A program made the translations under genes and the position numbers. Source: Epithemia pelagica (lineage: Eukaryota > Protista > Bacillariophyta). Taken from it: DNA of 64,000 nt. Numbering within the stretch: the stretch's first letter is position 1; every line of letters begins with the position of its first letter. Below the pieces are notes generated by a model, which made no database searches, was not told where the DNA came from, and was given only the letters and a program-made list of their open reading frames with translations. The stretch lies in NCBI GenBank assembly GCA_946965045.2, contig OX337229.1:62001-126000 (forward strand), in the 5' to 3' direction. This document shows, piece after piece, positions 33,014-44,863 of this stretch.

Positions 33014-34231
33014 TCAATTCAATTCTCTCGGTGTTTCCTTCTCTTTGCTGTCGGATGCTTTGGTTGTAGTTTCGTTGCCCCTTGTGCCTTTTCAAAAGAA
33101 ACAGGGACGAACGTAGTAGGCCAATTGCTGGCAACGTATTGCACAAGGATGATCGTCCTAACCTCAGCGTTGCTGTTGAGATGGTATGGTTCTGGTTTCC
33201 TTGGTGACCAAGCACAAATCGATCAAATTCTTGACTTGTTTTTTCGTTTGCAGTGGATGCTGCGTTTGCCTGTGGAAACAGAGACGAAAACGGCGAGCTA
33301 CACCGAATATACAATATGTCAATGGTAAGGTCGCTGTGTTTCTCGTAATAGCCACCTTGTTATTGGTATCGTGTCTTGTTTTCCTCTCTCTACGTTTGTT
33401 GTTGTCCTTTTCTTTTGTCGAGCTGGCAAGCGCGCCAATCTGATTGGTACTTCACACGGTAGAGAACTCCAAGCAAGTGTATAGTGGTACCTTTCTTCAT
33501 CGGCTCTAATAGAATGCCTCCTCCTTGATTATTTTTCTGGTCGCTCCGTCCAAATTTTCCAGCCGAAAAGGAATAATTGTTTATGAGCAATTCTTTTTCG
33601 GACGGACTGACTGGCGTTTGGAGGATCTCCCCGGGCGTGATCATCTATGTATCTTTGTGGCTTTCGAGAGTCATTTAGGACTCTTTCCACCGTATTTGAC
33701 AGGTCCTGGCCGAAATAGGACTTGCGGCGCGTGCTCATCCGTTGGATGCCGAGATTCGTTCCATCTGCGGACCTCTTTCGCGCAGGCCACAACACATTGA
33801 CAATTGCCTGAGTCGCGCGAGTCAGCACGAAAGACAAAAGCCCCGATGGGAACTTAACTCGTGTTTGGAATGTCGCTCCCCCCCAAAACGACCCCCATGT
33901 CCAGACACATGCCAAAAGAAAGTTCTCACAGGTGTACCTCCACCCTCCACATTTTGAGGAATCCAAAGCTCACACTCTATTTGTCTTGACATGGAGTTCA
34001 TTTCCAGTTCTAGAGTAGTAGGACATGGAATACGAATAATGCTATCGTTTGCGAATGTACCGGTATCGAAGAATAAGACAAAGTATGTTGTCTTTGGATG
34101 CGACAACAAGCACCGATACAAGTGTGTGTATCGGTTGTGAAATCCTAAAGTACAGACCACACTATCCAGACGACCCCCAAACGTCGTGCCGTTTCGTGTG
34201 CTGGAACATTTGTGTGTGTGTGTAGATCGGC

Positions 34232-34795
34232 TCATTCATCATGCAAAATGTGTCGAATCAATTCGGTACTCACGACATCGTAAATTTCTTCCCAGGCATG
34301 AACTTCCCGCGTCGACAGGGGTCGTTTGAGGGCCTGTTCCAAGGCATATAACAAGGCCTTGCCCATGTAGGGGAAAAAGGAGGGACGAATGCCCATGGCA
34401 CGATGACGACGACCCACTTGACGCAATACTTCTGTAATAAATTCCGTATCCGGACCCAACATTTGAAAGACGGAATCAAAGACGGTCGCAAACAATTTCC
34501 CATGCAAGGCCGCACGTTCCTTGGACACGGGGTCGTCTTGACTGTACCCAAAAATGGTCTTGGCGTGCGGCTGAATTTCAAACATTCTAAAGCACATGGG
34601 GAAAAGACGACAACAAGCAGGCGTGAGATTATGATGCAATCATGCCACAGTCTATGGTATCTCTCATTCCCCACAAAACACTTACTTGTCCAAACAGTCC
34701 ATGCCAAAGTTATAATGAAAGTTCTCAGCTCCAAATCGAGCATCGTCCCAACTCTTGAGGACAATGTCAAGGTCGTCAAAGGCAATGTCTTTCAT
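34232..34795 (-). CDS. Single-domain 3/3 globin (154 aa, 2 exons)
   Basis: Exons 34795-34686 and 34586-34232, intron 34587-34685 (GTAAG...TTTAG). Motifs VLKSWD, MFEIQPHAKTIF, LHGKLF, GRRHRAMG and AWEEIYD. Confidence 0.9.
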
Positions 34796-35228
34796 GTTGG
34801 TTGTGGTTCCTGGAATAAAAATGGGAATACTGCGGAGAGTGTTGATGTGTGTGTGTGTGGGTGTTTGTGCAATCCGCGTTTTATGATCACAGGATGCTGG
34901 ATCTCTTCAGCTTGCTGCGCAGTTCCAGGATCAGGATGGCAATCTTTCTCCGACAGCACAACAAATAATAATCCAGTTGGTATAGTTTGTCCAGTGCGGA
35001 ACGTTTCAACGATTACACAGTCAAGCATAGTAATAGCTTATCAATTACAAGATGGCATACGCCCGGGTACACATACACTTCGATAAACTAGTTACAGTCC
35101 CACAGAAACATACCCAATGATACCATGGCTTTGACGGCTGTAGGAAGAGTCAAAGCTATGTATTGTAGGTCGAAGCGTGGGGACATGTGCCATAACCATG
35201 ACCAGTACAAAAGCCTTGAAGCAATCTG
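34730..35228. repeat. About 0.5-kb segment (globin exon 1 part plus upstream) duplicated at 39592-40097
   Basis: Colinear direct repeat. Confidence 0.9.
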
Positions 35229-36525
35229 TCCAGTATCGCACTTGCCACTCTGCTTTAGGAAGTAGGAAGAGCTTCAAAGGCCTTCCTCTCATTCGGAAGT
35301 GGGCGAATAAGACTGTTATCGACAAAAAAGATGGATGAAAGCCGCAGTAGCTTTCGTTTACCCAACTATAGAATTTCGACGATTACATTCGAACGGACTC
35401 CTTCTTTCGAGTACTGCGATCCTTCCATGCCATTCGATGCACTTACAAGAGCACTACGTCTAGAGTAGAACACTGAGTTATTTTCTGTCTTGTCCCAGTA
35501 CCATGTACCATCTGGCATCTGGCATCTGGCGTCCCCTTTAGATTAAGGTGATACCCTAAAGTTCGGATCTTCATCTCCAGCCTTCTAGATGGCTTCATAC
35601 ATTACTTATAATTCGCTGGTCGGCGTCGGCAAGTGTAACAAGTTTGGTGTCGAAAGATGTCCATGGTGTCTAACCCAAAAACGATGGTCAGAAAGTTCTG
35701 TTTCTGACGTGTGTGGTTGAACACATAAACAATCGCCATTGAAGGAGTAGCTTCACAACCCTACAAATGAGACTCAACTATGCGCACCGTGTGCTCTTTG
35801 CTAGAGCTAGTAGACGCAAAAAGCCCTATCGCGATGAAGAACGGTCCACGGCGCGGTGGGGCGAACGACGCAGATGGTAGTCCCGGGCGTCGCAAAACTC
35901 CACCATGTTTCTTCTGTGATGTTATTCATCGTCATTCATCTACCAATTCGCGATAAAACAATCCTATTCATAATAGATTATATCACTTTGGAAGCGACAG
36001 AAGACGTAGGCTACTGATATCGATGGCGTTTGAATATCCACTCCAGTGAGAAAGATGCCTCCAATGTTTCGCATGTCATATAGCAATAATATGGTTAAGA
36101 CAAACTACCCTCGCAAAGAGCTAGAAGAGCATGTCGCGGCTGTGTCAGAGGCAAAATGACTTGTGTTGATATGGAGCATGCTCATTTTAGCAGCCATATA
36201 CTACAATCAACACATTCGATTCATTCGTTACATTCACCGCTTGCTCAAGAAGACGCCATGATGTTGTTTTCCCACTCAATACGGATAACCACCATTGGCT
36301 GAGAAGCTGGAAGCATGCGAGCTGCTATCAGCAATCCGTTGTTGTGCCCTTGATTTTCTGCTACGCCTTGTTTCGAACCAAGACCGCGCCGTGTTGAGAG
36401 CTCTGGAAAGCCGTCCATGTTTTCTTCGGAATGCAGTGCCACAAGAAGTTCTGACGAATGAAGGACGTTCATTCTCATGACGTCTATGGAGTGGGTCCTT
36501 TACCCCAGTGGACTCGTCCTCTTTG

Positions 36526-36951
36526 CTATGGGCGGCATGTTGCCTCTTCTTTCGTCGGATGTACGCGTACTCTCGACGTTTCCCCACAAACCGTGGTCCC
36601 CAAGGCCCCTGCAAATCCGCCCACCACAGGACCTACCACTGGACCCAAGACGAAAAAGAAAATTTTGATTCCATGACAAGAAGGGGCTTGCGGACAAGAA
36701 TAGGAGGACAATGAAAGGTTCGATCGCTCCTCACCCAAAACATTGGTGGCATTCGACGGCCCATACTTGTTCTCGAAGTGCAAACGTCTATTCTCTTGAT
36801 TAGTGTATTGTTGCTCAATGGAATTCAAATGCGAGTCATCATCATCATCATTGTTGGTCTCTAACATCCATCTGTCGCTTTCAGAAGTCCTATCGATTGT
36901 TCTAGACATCTTCCAGTGCAAAGGATCAGTCCAGAATTTTGTAGGAGTCAT
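36526..36951 (-). CDS. Small hypothetical protein with glycine-zipper-like helix (copy A)
   Basis: VLGPVVGPVVGGFAGALG is homologous to the neighbouring gene. Confidence 0.45.
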   Translation of the reverse strand: MTPTKFWTDPLHWKMSRTIDRTSESDRWMLETNNDDDDDSHLNSIEQQYTNQENRRLHFENKYGPSNATNVLGEERSNLSLSSYSCPQAPSCHGIKIFFFVLGPVVGPVVGGFAGALGTTVCGETSRVRVHPTKEEATCRP

Positions 36952-37439
36952 GGGGTTGGGAATTGGGAACTCATTCGTGGAGTGCGCTCTTGGATAGATA
37001 CTACCTATCACTGAGCGTCATCCGGGACTTGGTAAAGAATAGAGTCAATCCACTGAGCCCCGACTCAATTTTCTTGTGCGACTGCGGGGGAGCAAGTGTC
37101 TTTCGACTTGCGAGTGATTGCAGGAAACACAGTCGCTCGCGGCTTAAAATTCAAGACCAAGAAGTGCACATGAGAACAGAGGTGCAAAGACCAATGCCTA
37201 CAAGAGAATAAATGAAAGTCGATTGCAATCAAGCCAAAGGCAGGTAGGAGAAGAGGGGCAACACAATTACCTAAAGCAATTATCATTGTCTAATGTAAAT
37301 CTGGCCATGTCAGTATCTGACGTAAATCTTGTCATTTAGAATACTTGGTTACACAATCTGTGGATCTTTCACAACGTACAGCCTTTCCAACGATACACAA
37401 CAAACTAACTGAGCTGCTGAAGCTTGTCTACTTTTGCGC

Positions 37440-37976
37440 TCAAAGAGCCGTTGCCTGATGAACTGGATACTCGGGCTCAGTCTGAACGTCATTGTCCTTG
37501 GTATCATTGTTCGTGTGGTTATTACCAGATGTCAATTCTTTCAAACGACGTCGTTCGCGATTCTTGTTGACCGCCTTGGCCCCAAAGGCTCCCGCCAAAC
37601 CGCCGACCACACCACCCACAGGTCCCAAGACGGCCAATCCAGCGACTCCACCCACGACACCGTAAGCCACGGTGCGTCGTTTACGGCGAATCTTCATATC
37701 CAACAGTTCCGGATATTGAGCATATTTGCAGCAAGTGCTGCTGCTACTGCTGCATCGATGAACGGGACGACCGTTCGCTGGAATGATCGTAGTTGTCGTG
37801 GTCGTCGTCGTCGTGGTTGGCTTCACTAGTTCTTCGGTCGAACTATGCGTGTTGGTCGCATTAGTGGTGGGGGGAGAAGTTGATCCCCCCACAACAATTT
37901 CGGGTTCCACGACAATCGAAGGGTCCGAGGATTGACGATGATCGTCAATCGAGAACTTGGAATGGTCGTATGTCAT
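37440..37976 (-). CDS. Glycine-zipper membrane protein (copy A)
   Basis: VAYGVVGGVAGLAVLGPVGGVVGGLAGAFGAKAV flanked by basic residues. Confidence 0.7.
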   Translation of the reverse strand: MTYDHSKFSIDDHRQSSDPSIVVEPEIVVGGSTSPPTTNATNTHSSTEELVKPTTTTTTTTTTIIPANGRPVHRCSSSSSTCCKYAQYPELLDMKIRRKRRTVAYGVVGGVAGLAVLGPVGGVVGGLAGAFGAKAVNKNRERRRLKELTSGNNHTNNDTKDNDVQTEPEYPVHQATAL

Positions 37977-38537
37977 GGTTTCTTTCTTCTTGTTGTTGTT
38001 GTTGACCTGAGAGCGAGTGCACCAGAGAGGCTGAATTACTTGTCTGTTGGTTGATTTGATAGCGGCCACAACAAGTACAAGAAGAGCGTATTATGAGACA
38101 GAGCAATGAAAAATCCTTGAGTCGTTGCCGATGACGGCAACGAAAGATCCAAGATTTTCATTCCCACCGAGCCAAGTCGCTTTTTGTCACCAAGCCTTCC
38201 ATGGATTTCAACATGGTTCCTAGTCCTTCTTTCGAATGAACCCGAGAATCCAACGCATCACTTGGAACCTAAGACACAGAAGATTCGATTGTCCAGAGTA
38301 ACTCGCTGCGGCTGGACACCTAGCTGTCGTCCACGACCGCATCTCCCCGCTGACGGACAAGATCGATAAAGGACAAACAAGGGGAGATGTACCTCTCTCG
38401 CGATATGCTATGGGGAAGGTATAGAAAAGGTGAAAATACACTGCCTGACAAAATTGAACTTTGTATCGCGAATCTCATGCCAATGGCTCTGTCTGCTATA
38501 TATTCTGGTACGTCGTGGTAAACAGCAATCAAACAAG

Positions 38538-38819
38538 ATGAATCTTGCGGCGGCAGCAAAAGAACTAGTTGATTTGGAAAGAAAAGTCCCAGTCCTTTGC
38601 GGTTCTTCGACTTGCATGGCTCGCATTGAAGACTCGTCTTTGTGGAGCAGATCCGCCCTCCGACAGTGCCTTCCCTCACAGGTTTGGTATGACTACATGA
38701 AGATGGAAAGCAGGCGTGGCGTGAACACGGACTTTCGGAGGATATATCATGCTTTTCTACGATATTGGGCCGATATTCATGGCACTACCAGCCAACCACC
38801 CATAGATATGAGTAGCTAG
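38538..38819 (+). CDS. Small hypothetical protein (copy A)
   Basis: 93-aa ORF from MNLAAAAKELVDLERK with helical character only. Confidence 0.35.
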   Translation: MNLAAAAKELVDLERKVPVLCGSSTCMARIEDSSLWSRSALRQCLPSQVWYDYMKMESRRGVNTDFRRIYHAFLRYWADIHGTTSQPPIDMSS

Positions 38820-39330
38820 CAGCTACCTAGAAGCGGTGATTTCCCAGAAGCCCACGTGTTGTTGTAGAGCGAGGGCGATCGGTTTCTAACGAGACCGTGG
38901 GACCAAGCGACAAGTCGTTCGGCAAGTAAGACCAACCATTTGCGCTCCAGATGCAGCAAAAGGACGAACTCGATCGATCGATCGGATTAGGAGTACTCCA
39001 AAGATATGTGTAGCTAGCAGCTTCCTAGAAGCGGTGATTTCCCAGAAGCCCACGTGTTGTTGTAGAGCGAGGGTGATCGGTTTCTAACGAAACCATGGGA
39101 CCAAGCGACAAGTCATTCGGCAAGTAAGACCAACCATTTGCGCTCCAGATGCAGCAAAAGGACGAACGTTTGTGCTCGTTCAATTCGAGTAGGAGTACTA
39201 CCTAGATGCGGTGATTTCCCAAAAGCTCACGTGTTGTTGTAGAGCGTTTCTAACGAAACCATGAGAGCAAGCGACAAGTCGTTTGGCAAGTAAGACCATC
39301 ATTTGCTCTCTCTGACGATCTCGATTGGAG
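38804..39330. repeat. 198-bp tandem array (2 units plus a degenerate one)
   Basis: agatatg at 38804 and 39002. Confidence 0.92.
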
Positions 39331-39591
39331 TAGGAGTAGTATGCTAGAGGTGCTAGACCACATAGCTGGCCGCATGTAGTACTGACCTACCCATGAAATG
39401 ACCTCCCTCTACAGATTGACTCTATAGGACTGCGTATGACTCTGCGCGTACAATCTCTTGTATTGACGGAGGGGATGCTGTTTTTCACTTTTTGACACCG
39501 ATCTTGTCCATCTTTCTTCATTCTTCACTGGCCAAAAGGTAAGACTACGGTATACGGTAGCCGACAGTGGTGAAACTCTCCAGCGACCTAT

Positions 39592-40097
39592 CCAAATCGA
39601 GCATCGTCCCAACTCTTGAGGACAATGTCAAGGTCGTCAAAGGCAATGTCTTTCATGGTGGCGGTGGTTCCTGGGGGGAAAATTGGGATACTGTTGAGAA
39701 TGTTGCTGGTCGGAGTGACGGTTGGTGCAATCCCCGTTTTATGACCACAGAATGGGGACCTGTTCAGCTTGCTGCAGTTCCAGGACCATGATGACAATCT
39801 TTCTCCGACAACAAAACAAATAATAATCCCGTAGTGACAGGTTGGTGGTATATTTTGTCCAGTGCGGAACGTTTCAACGATTACACAGTCAAGCAATATA
39901 ATAGCTTATCAATTACAAGATGGCATACGCCCGGGTACACATACATTTCGACAAACTACTTACAGTCCCACAGACACATACTCAATGATACCATGGCTTT
40001 GACGGCTGAAGGAAGAGTCAAAGCTATGTATTGTAGGTCGAAGCGTGGGCGACATGTGCCATAACCATGACCAGTACAAAAGCCTTGAAGCAATCTG
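39592..40097 (-). pseudogene. Truncated duplicate of globin 5' end and upstream region
   Basis: MKDIAFDDLDIVLKSWDDARFG followed by a stop at the junction with segment A. Confidence 0.88.
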
Positions 40098-40802
40098 GAT
40101 AAGACGTGTTATTCGCTAGTCTTGATGGTTTTGTTTAGGAGGCTTGAGTATATTGGACGACGTCTTCCAAATAATCATGCTCCAGCAACAACCATGAAGA
40201 ATGAACAAACTGTCCAGGCCAAATATGCTTGGGAAGCATCGCGCACATCACACATCATCCTTATTTGGAATTTGGACATAACAAACTTATATCCAAAAAA
40301 TATGGGAACGTCGATCGCCAGATAGAAAGAGAGATAAAAGAGATATAAGATAAAAAAGAAAGGCGGATTAGACTAAGTCCAACCAATAAGTTTAATTGGT
40401 GGATCTCTGGATTTTGCAGCCCATAGTTCGATTATTCTTGGTAGCGAAGTAAAACTTCAAGTTTCTCTGGGGGACGTACAGAAGCGGTCGCGCATAACCA
40501 TTTTCCGACCCTTATCTACTGTACGCTTCTCACTCCCAGACAGACGTTTTCGAAGGAACTCTTGGTTCTGTTCGTAGAGTTGATATAAGCCCAATGAACT
40601 CGCATGTTGAATCGCAACCAATCTTGGCTATCCGTATCAAACTTCTTCCCAGCTCAGGCCCTAATCGGAAAACCGGTCAAACTGAATGGGCCTCATGAAT
40701 AATGCTCTTCATCAGCGACCAACACGCGACACTAAGAATTTTCGAGAGAGACGAAAAACCAATCCGAACTCGGTCTCATAATTTCTCCGATGTTCATGGC
40801 AA

Positions 40803-41652
40803 ATGGCAAACCACAACAACCCTGCCACAATTCAAACCAACATCAAGAAACGAACCGTGCAAAAGCCCAAGAATACAATCATGAAAGCCTATACCTTTGA
40901 GGATTTGGATCTGGTATTGACCACATGGAACACTGCCAAAGATGAAACCAAGAACTTTTACGACGAGTTTGGGATGCACTGTATGGAACGGTACGTAAAA
41001 GGCTCAGAACAAAGGCTTGAAGAACATGATGTAATCCTGATCATGGCGGACTGTGCATGACAAGAATTTGGACTCTCACATGTCTTTTTGTCTCCTCCTT
41101 CTGGACCAAACGCAATGACGGCCCCACAGATTGTTTGACTTGGAACCAAGCGTGAAGCAAGCCTTTGGTTGCAAAAGCGAATCCAACGTTGTATCGTGCG
41201 ACATTGTCGCCTGTCATGGCACCTTGTTTGCCACGGTATTGGACACGATTTTGCACATGTTGGGTCCGGCGCCGGATCACGACACCGTCACGACACCCTT
41301 GTTGCACCAAATGGGTCGTCATCATGCCGCCATGGGCATTGCCGCACCGTCCTGGTTTGACGCCATGGGACAAGCCATTGTGTAGGCCCTGGAAACACTG
41401 TTGCAATCAATCAATCGTCCTACCATGCCATTCTGTACATCCTTGACTCTGCGAGAAACTCGTGCCTGGCAAACCGTCTATGCGGCGCTCTCGTCCGAAA
41501 TGCTCCAAGCCATGGGACCCATCGATGATGAAGAAGATGAAGAAGACGAAGAAGAATCCCTCTCCGTTCGTCAAGAGCAGCCACAATATTTGGAGCGAGT
41601 ATCGATCCAAGACACTGTCGAAGAGACCATTTCGATACGACGAGGCCGATAA
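40803..41652 (+). pseudogene. Second globin with in-frame TAG at 41383-41385
   Basis: Intron 40991-41129 at the same position as in globin 1. Motifs RLFDLEPSVKQAF, CHGTLF and GRHHAAMG. Globin similarity continues after the TAG (ALETLL...RAWQTVY). Confidence 0.8.
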
Positions 41653-41902
41653 AACTGATGTGGTACACACTATCATGTCATCATTCTCTTTGGGAGGAAC
41701 CCACAATGCCACATTGCTCCTGCGGTCGTTGACACAATTCTCTTTTGTTTGAATTCAAACAAAGAAATCAGAGATTTTGAAAAAGCTGTCTACCTGTATA
41801 AATGCTACTAGAAATAATAGAGGAAGGCTTTTGGAACGTTTTGTATTTTTTACTGTATCAACGAACATGGAATATATTATATTTTGTATCGAATGAAACG
41901 CC

Positions 41903-42579
41903 TCATTCTACTACGGGCAGGTACATTTTGGCCACGTCCTGATGAAATAGATTGAAAGAGAACGCATGAGTGAGTATACTACCTTGTGGGGAGCAACAAA
42001 AGTCAAGGAACCAACGCAAACGGTACGTACGTCAATGGCATGATCCAAGGCATTGCATGCCACCTTGGCATTCATGGATTGTTTGGCCTGGACGGCACAT
42101 TGGAGCAGTTGATGATGGGCCTGGAGGGCATCCCTATAATCCTGCTCATTGGCAAAGACACCTTGCGACTTGACGCGTTGACACAAGCCATAATTGCAGA
42201 CTGTATCGATAATCTTTTGACAATGTTCTTCCTTGGTGACAATCCATCGAATCAGTTGATTCATGGCCGTGACATCCCCTTGTTTCTTGTTCAATGTCTG
42301 GCACGACACCATGGCCTCGCGAATCGTCGTGGCCGATTGTCGTAATTCGGCAACCATGGCTGGATCGTCAAAAATACCACACGGAACTTGACAATGTCCG
42401 CCCCGCCAGTGTAGACCCCAACGGCGTTGTTCTTGTTGTTGTTGTGGCTGCTGCTGCTGGCGTGGTGCAAAACGGAGCGACCAGGATGGGAGAGAGGATG
42501 CATCCACTGCCGTACTGGATGTACCAATACCAATCGAGACGAGCAGGAGTACTACAAGAACGTGAATGGGAGAAGCCAT
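41903..42579 (-). CDS. sodN: Nickel superoxide dismutase precursor (signal peptide, pro-segment, Ni-hook)
   Basis: Ni-hook HCQVPCGIFDD starting at 42396, then TKEEHC. Intron 41939-42030 gives the C-terminus ALDHAIDDVAKMYLPVVE. Confidence 0.93.
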
Positions 42580-43333
42580 GCATCCTTCTTCTTGTGTAGA
42601 TCTCGTTTGAGGATGCTACCGTCCAAACCATGATGCGAGTATGGTCACCGTGACACCAATTGATTTGGATGGCAGAGCCACAAAACTTCAAAATGGCAGA
42701 CACTCGCTCTCCAATCGCAAACCGTCGAGTTACCAATCGGTCGACTAGTTGACTCTCTCGAGTCTGGTTTCCTCTACAACGCCTTCTTCCTTTGAATACT
42801 ACCGTTGTACGACAAACCAAGTGTCGGCTGCCAATCGAAAGATCCACATATCTCTTCCAAAAAAAGATTCTCTCGAGAAGGCTAATGTCTCTTGGCGCGA
42901 TCGAAATGCCGTTTCAAGTTCGCTTGTAGATCGCGTTTATCAGCGCATCATAACCTATCGAAACTATCCACTGGCGAATGGCATGCGGTGTACTCTAGCT
43001 AGAGTAGGTAGATCCACAGTCCATACTAGGAGTGAGCACAAAAACCATCGTCTTCCATTCAAGGTATAATGCTAATATGTAGATTAATGTATTTCGATCA
43101 ATGCCGTTCCGGCAGTGTCGATCTAGGTAGAGAGGTACGTTCCAGTGTTTCCTCCGAATAGTATAGTGTGCTTGGTGTGGTCCCCACCAGGAGTTGGAAT
43201 GGCCCATGTCGAAAACAAAAGAGGCACTCCCAGGCCACTTTAGGTTCTCCAGCAATGTGTTTGTACAAGCAGATTACGGATAATGGAGCATTGTACGACC
43301 GTGTAATCTTGGAGAGCTGCTCACTCTCTGTCA

Positions 43334-44863
43334 TTAGGAGGACGCCGCCGCCGCCGCGGCAACCACTTGTGCACTCGACGATGCTTGTCCGACAAATTGT
43401 GCCAATCGTCGCGAGGGTGCCGAAATGGCTTGACATTTTCGGCGTCGCAGTTGCCACAATTCGTCGACCGTCAAGTGGGGATACCGAGAGGGAGTCACGT
43501 CGGAGTGGACGACCCGCCACAAGGCTTTCCATTGCGCATGCTTTTTCAACACCTTGTGGTGGTGGTTGGTCTCGTTGGACGACGTCAACGGCGAGGACGG
43601 TGTTTGGGTCGAGACGGCGGCCAAGGAAAGCGCCAATCGTTGGACCAATCCAGTCCGAGGGACGGTCGATTGCAAATGCATTCGAAATTCATCCAGTAAC
43701 CGAGGATCCAGCTCCACGATCGCTTCTTCTTCGTCGTCTTCCTCGTCCTCACAATTGTCGGTCTCCTTGGTTGGGTGTGATTCCTGGTCGTTCTTGTTGT
43801 CACTTGTATTGGTTTTGTTGCCGGTGCTTCCAGTCTTTTGTTTCGAGTGTTCTCCTCCCTGCACGGCACATTGGTACACTTGCAACAAGACACTGGGATA
43901 GGAGGATGGATCGAGAAGGGCAGCGCCCTGTCCATATTCCATCCAGACCAATTTGCGCACCTTTTCATAGGCTTGGACGGAATGGAAATGTTTCATGGTA
44001 TTGCATTCGGCCGTGGAATACCACAAGACGGATTCGGTTGTCGTAGAAGTAGTAGTCTTCGTAGAATCGTCGTCCTGGTCGTTGGTTGCAGTTGGAATCA
44101 CGGTCACTTGTGGGTCAAACGAGACGACACGTTGCCCATTTCGGCTGAGGCAACTACTACTGCTGCTTCGCATGGTGGAGGACGACGAATCGTCCAAACC
44201 GACAGTTTCCGAGTCCTTCGTTTGGTTCTGTTTCTTGGTTTTCTGTTTCGTTTGCTTGGACTTTTCGGATGGAATAATGCGACAGGTCTTGTGGTTGTTG
44301 TTGTTCTTGCGTGGCTCCTGTTTTTTACTTGACGTTGACTTGGTACTGTTCGTTGCGTCCTTGGCCTTGTTCTTGTTGTTGCTGTTCGGATTGCTTGTTT
44401 TCAAGGGTCGCAATCGAGAGAGCGACAGCAAGGAGGAGGAGGACGAGGAGGGCTCGGACGCTACTGCTTTGGAAGGACTGGTGGATGCTGTATCCAAAAG
44501 ACTGATGTTGTGATTGTCGTTCTGTTTGCCATTGCTCATGATGCTACTCGGACCATTGGAACTATGGCAACTGGACCATGCCGTACTCCAGGACGAACAA
44601 AATTCATCATCATCGTAGTCAACATCATCACAATCGTCGTGAGGATTCTGTCGTCGTGAGATCAACAATCCTCGTCCTCGTCGGCGGTGCCGACGTTGAC
44701 TGGAACGTCCACCCAGAGACGACAAAAAGGGTAGGCGACGGTTCGGTTCCGAGGACAAGGACAAGCCATCATCAAGGACCAGAGAACGCTTGGATTGGTA
44801 CGGAGACAAGGTCACGGGCGAAATGGGAACATGAGCAGGAGGAGAAGAACGAGGAGAATGCAT
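43334..44863 (-). CDS. Hypothetical protein of the RVxF...WYS family
   Basis: RVVSF...LWYS...GL...SAPSRRLAQ, a pattern shared with 50329-51045. Confidence 0.7.
   Translation of the reverse strand: MHSPRSSPPAHVPISPVTLSPYQSKRSLVLDDGLSLSSEPNRRLPFLSSLGGRSSQRRHRRRGRGLLISRRQNPHDDCDDVDYDDDEFCSSWSTAWSSCHSSNGPSSIMSNGKQNDNHNISLLDTASTSPSKAVASEPSSSSSSLLSLSRLRPLKTSNPNSNNKNKAKDATNSTKSTSSKKQEPRKNNNNHKTCRIIPSEKSKQTKQKTKKQNQTKDSETVGLDDSSSSTMRSSSSSCLSRNGQRVVSFDPQVTVIPTATNDQDDDSTKTTTSTTTESVLWYSTAECNTMKHFHSVQAYEKVRKLVWMEYGQGAALLDPSSYPSVLLQVYQCAVQGGEHSKQKTGSTGNKTNTSDNKNDQESHPTKETDNCEDEEDDEEEAIVELDPRLLDEFRMHLQSTVPRTGLVQRLALSLAAVSTQTPSSPLTSSNETNHHHKVLKKHAQWKALWRVVHSDVTPSRYPHLTVDELWQLRRRKCQAISAPSRRLAQFVGQASSSAQVVAAAAAASS

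Larger units (their letters stand above)
35260..39592. repeat. Segmental duplication copy A (4.3 kb)
   Basis: Same ORF set as 45155-49639 at offset 9878. The interior appears identical and the ends diverged. Confidence 0.97.

Noticed and set aside
34730-40097. LTR retrotransposon reading of the direct-repeat-flanked segments (also 51541-55291)
   Set aside because: The repeats contain host coding sequence and lack TG...CA ends, PBS and PPT. No gag, RT or integrase inside.
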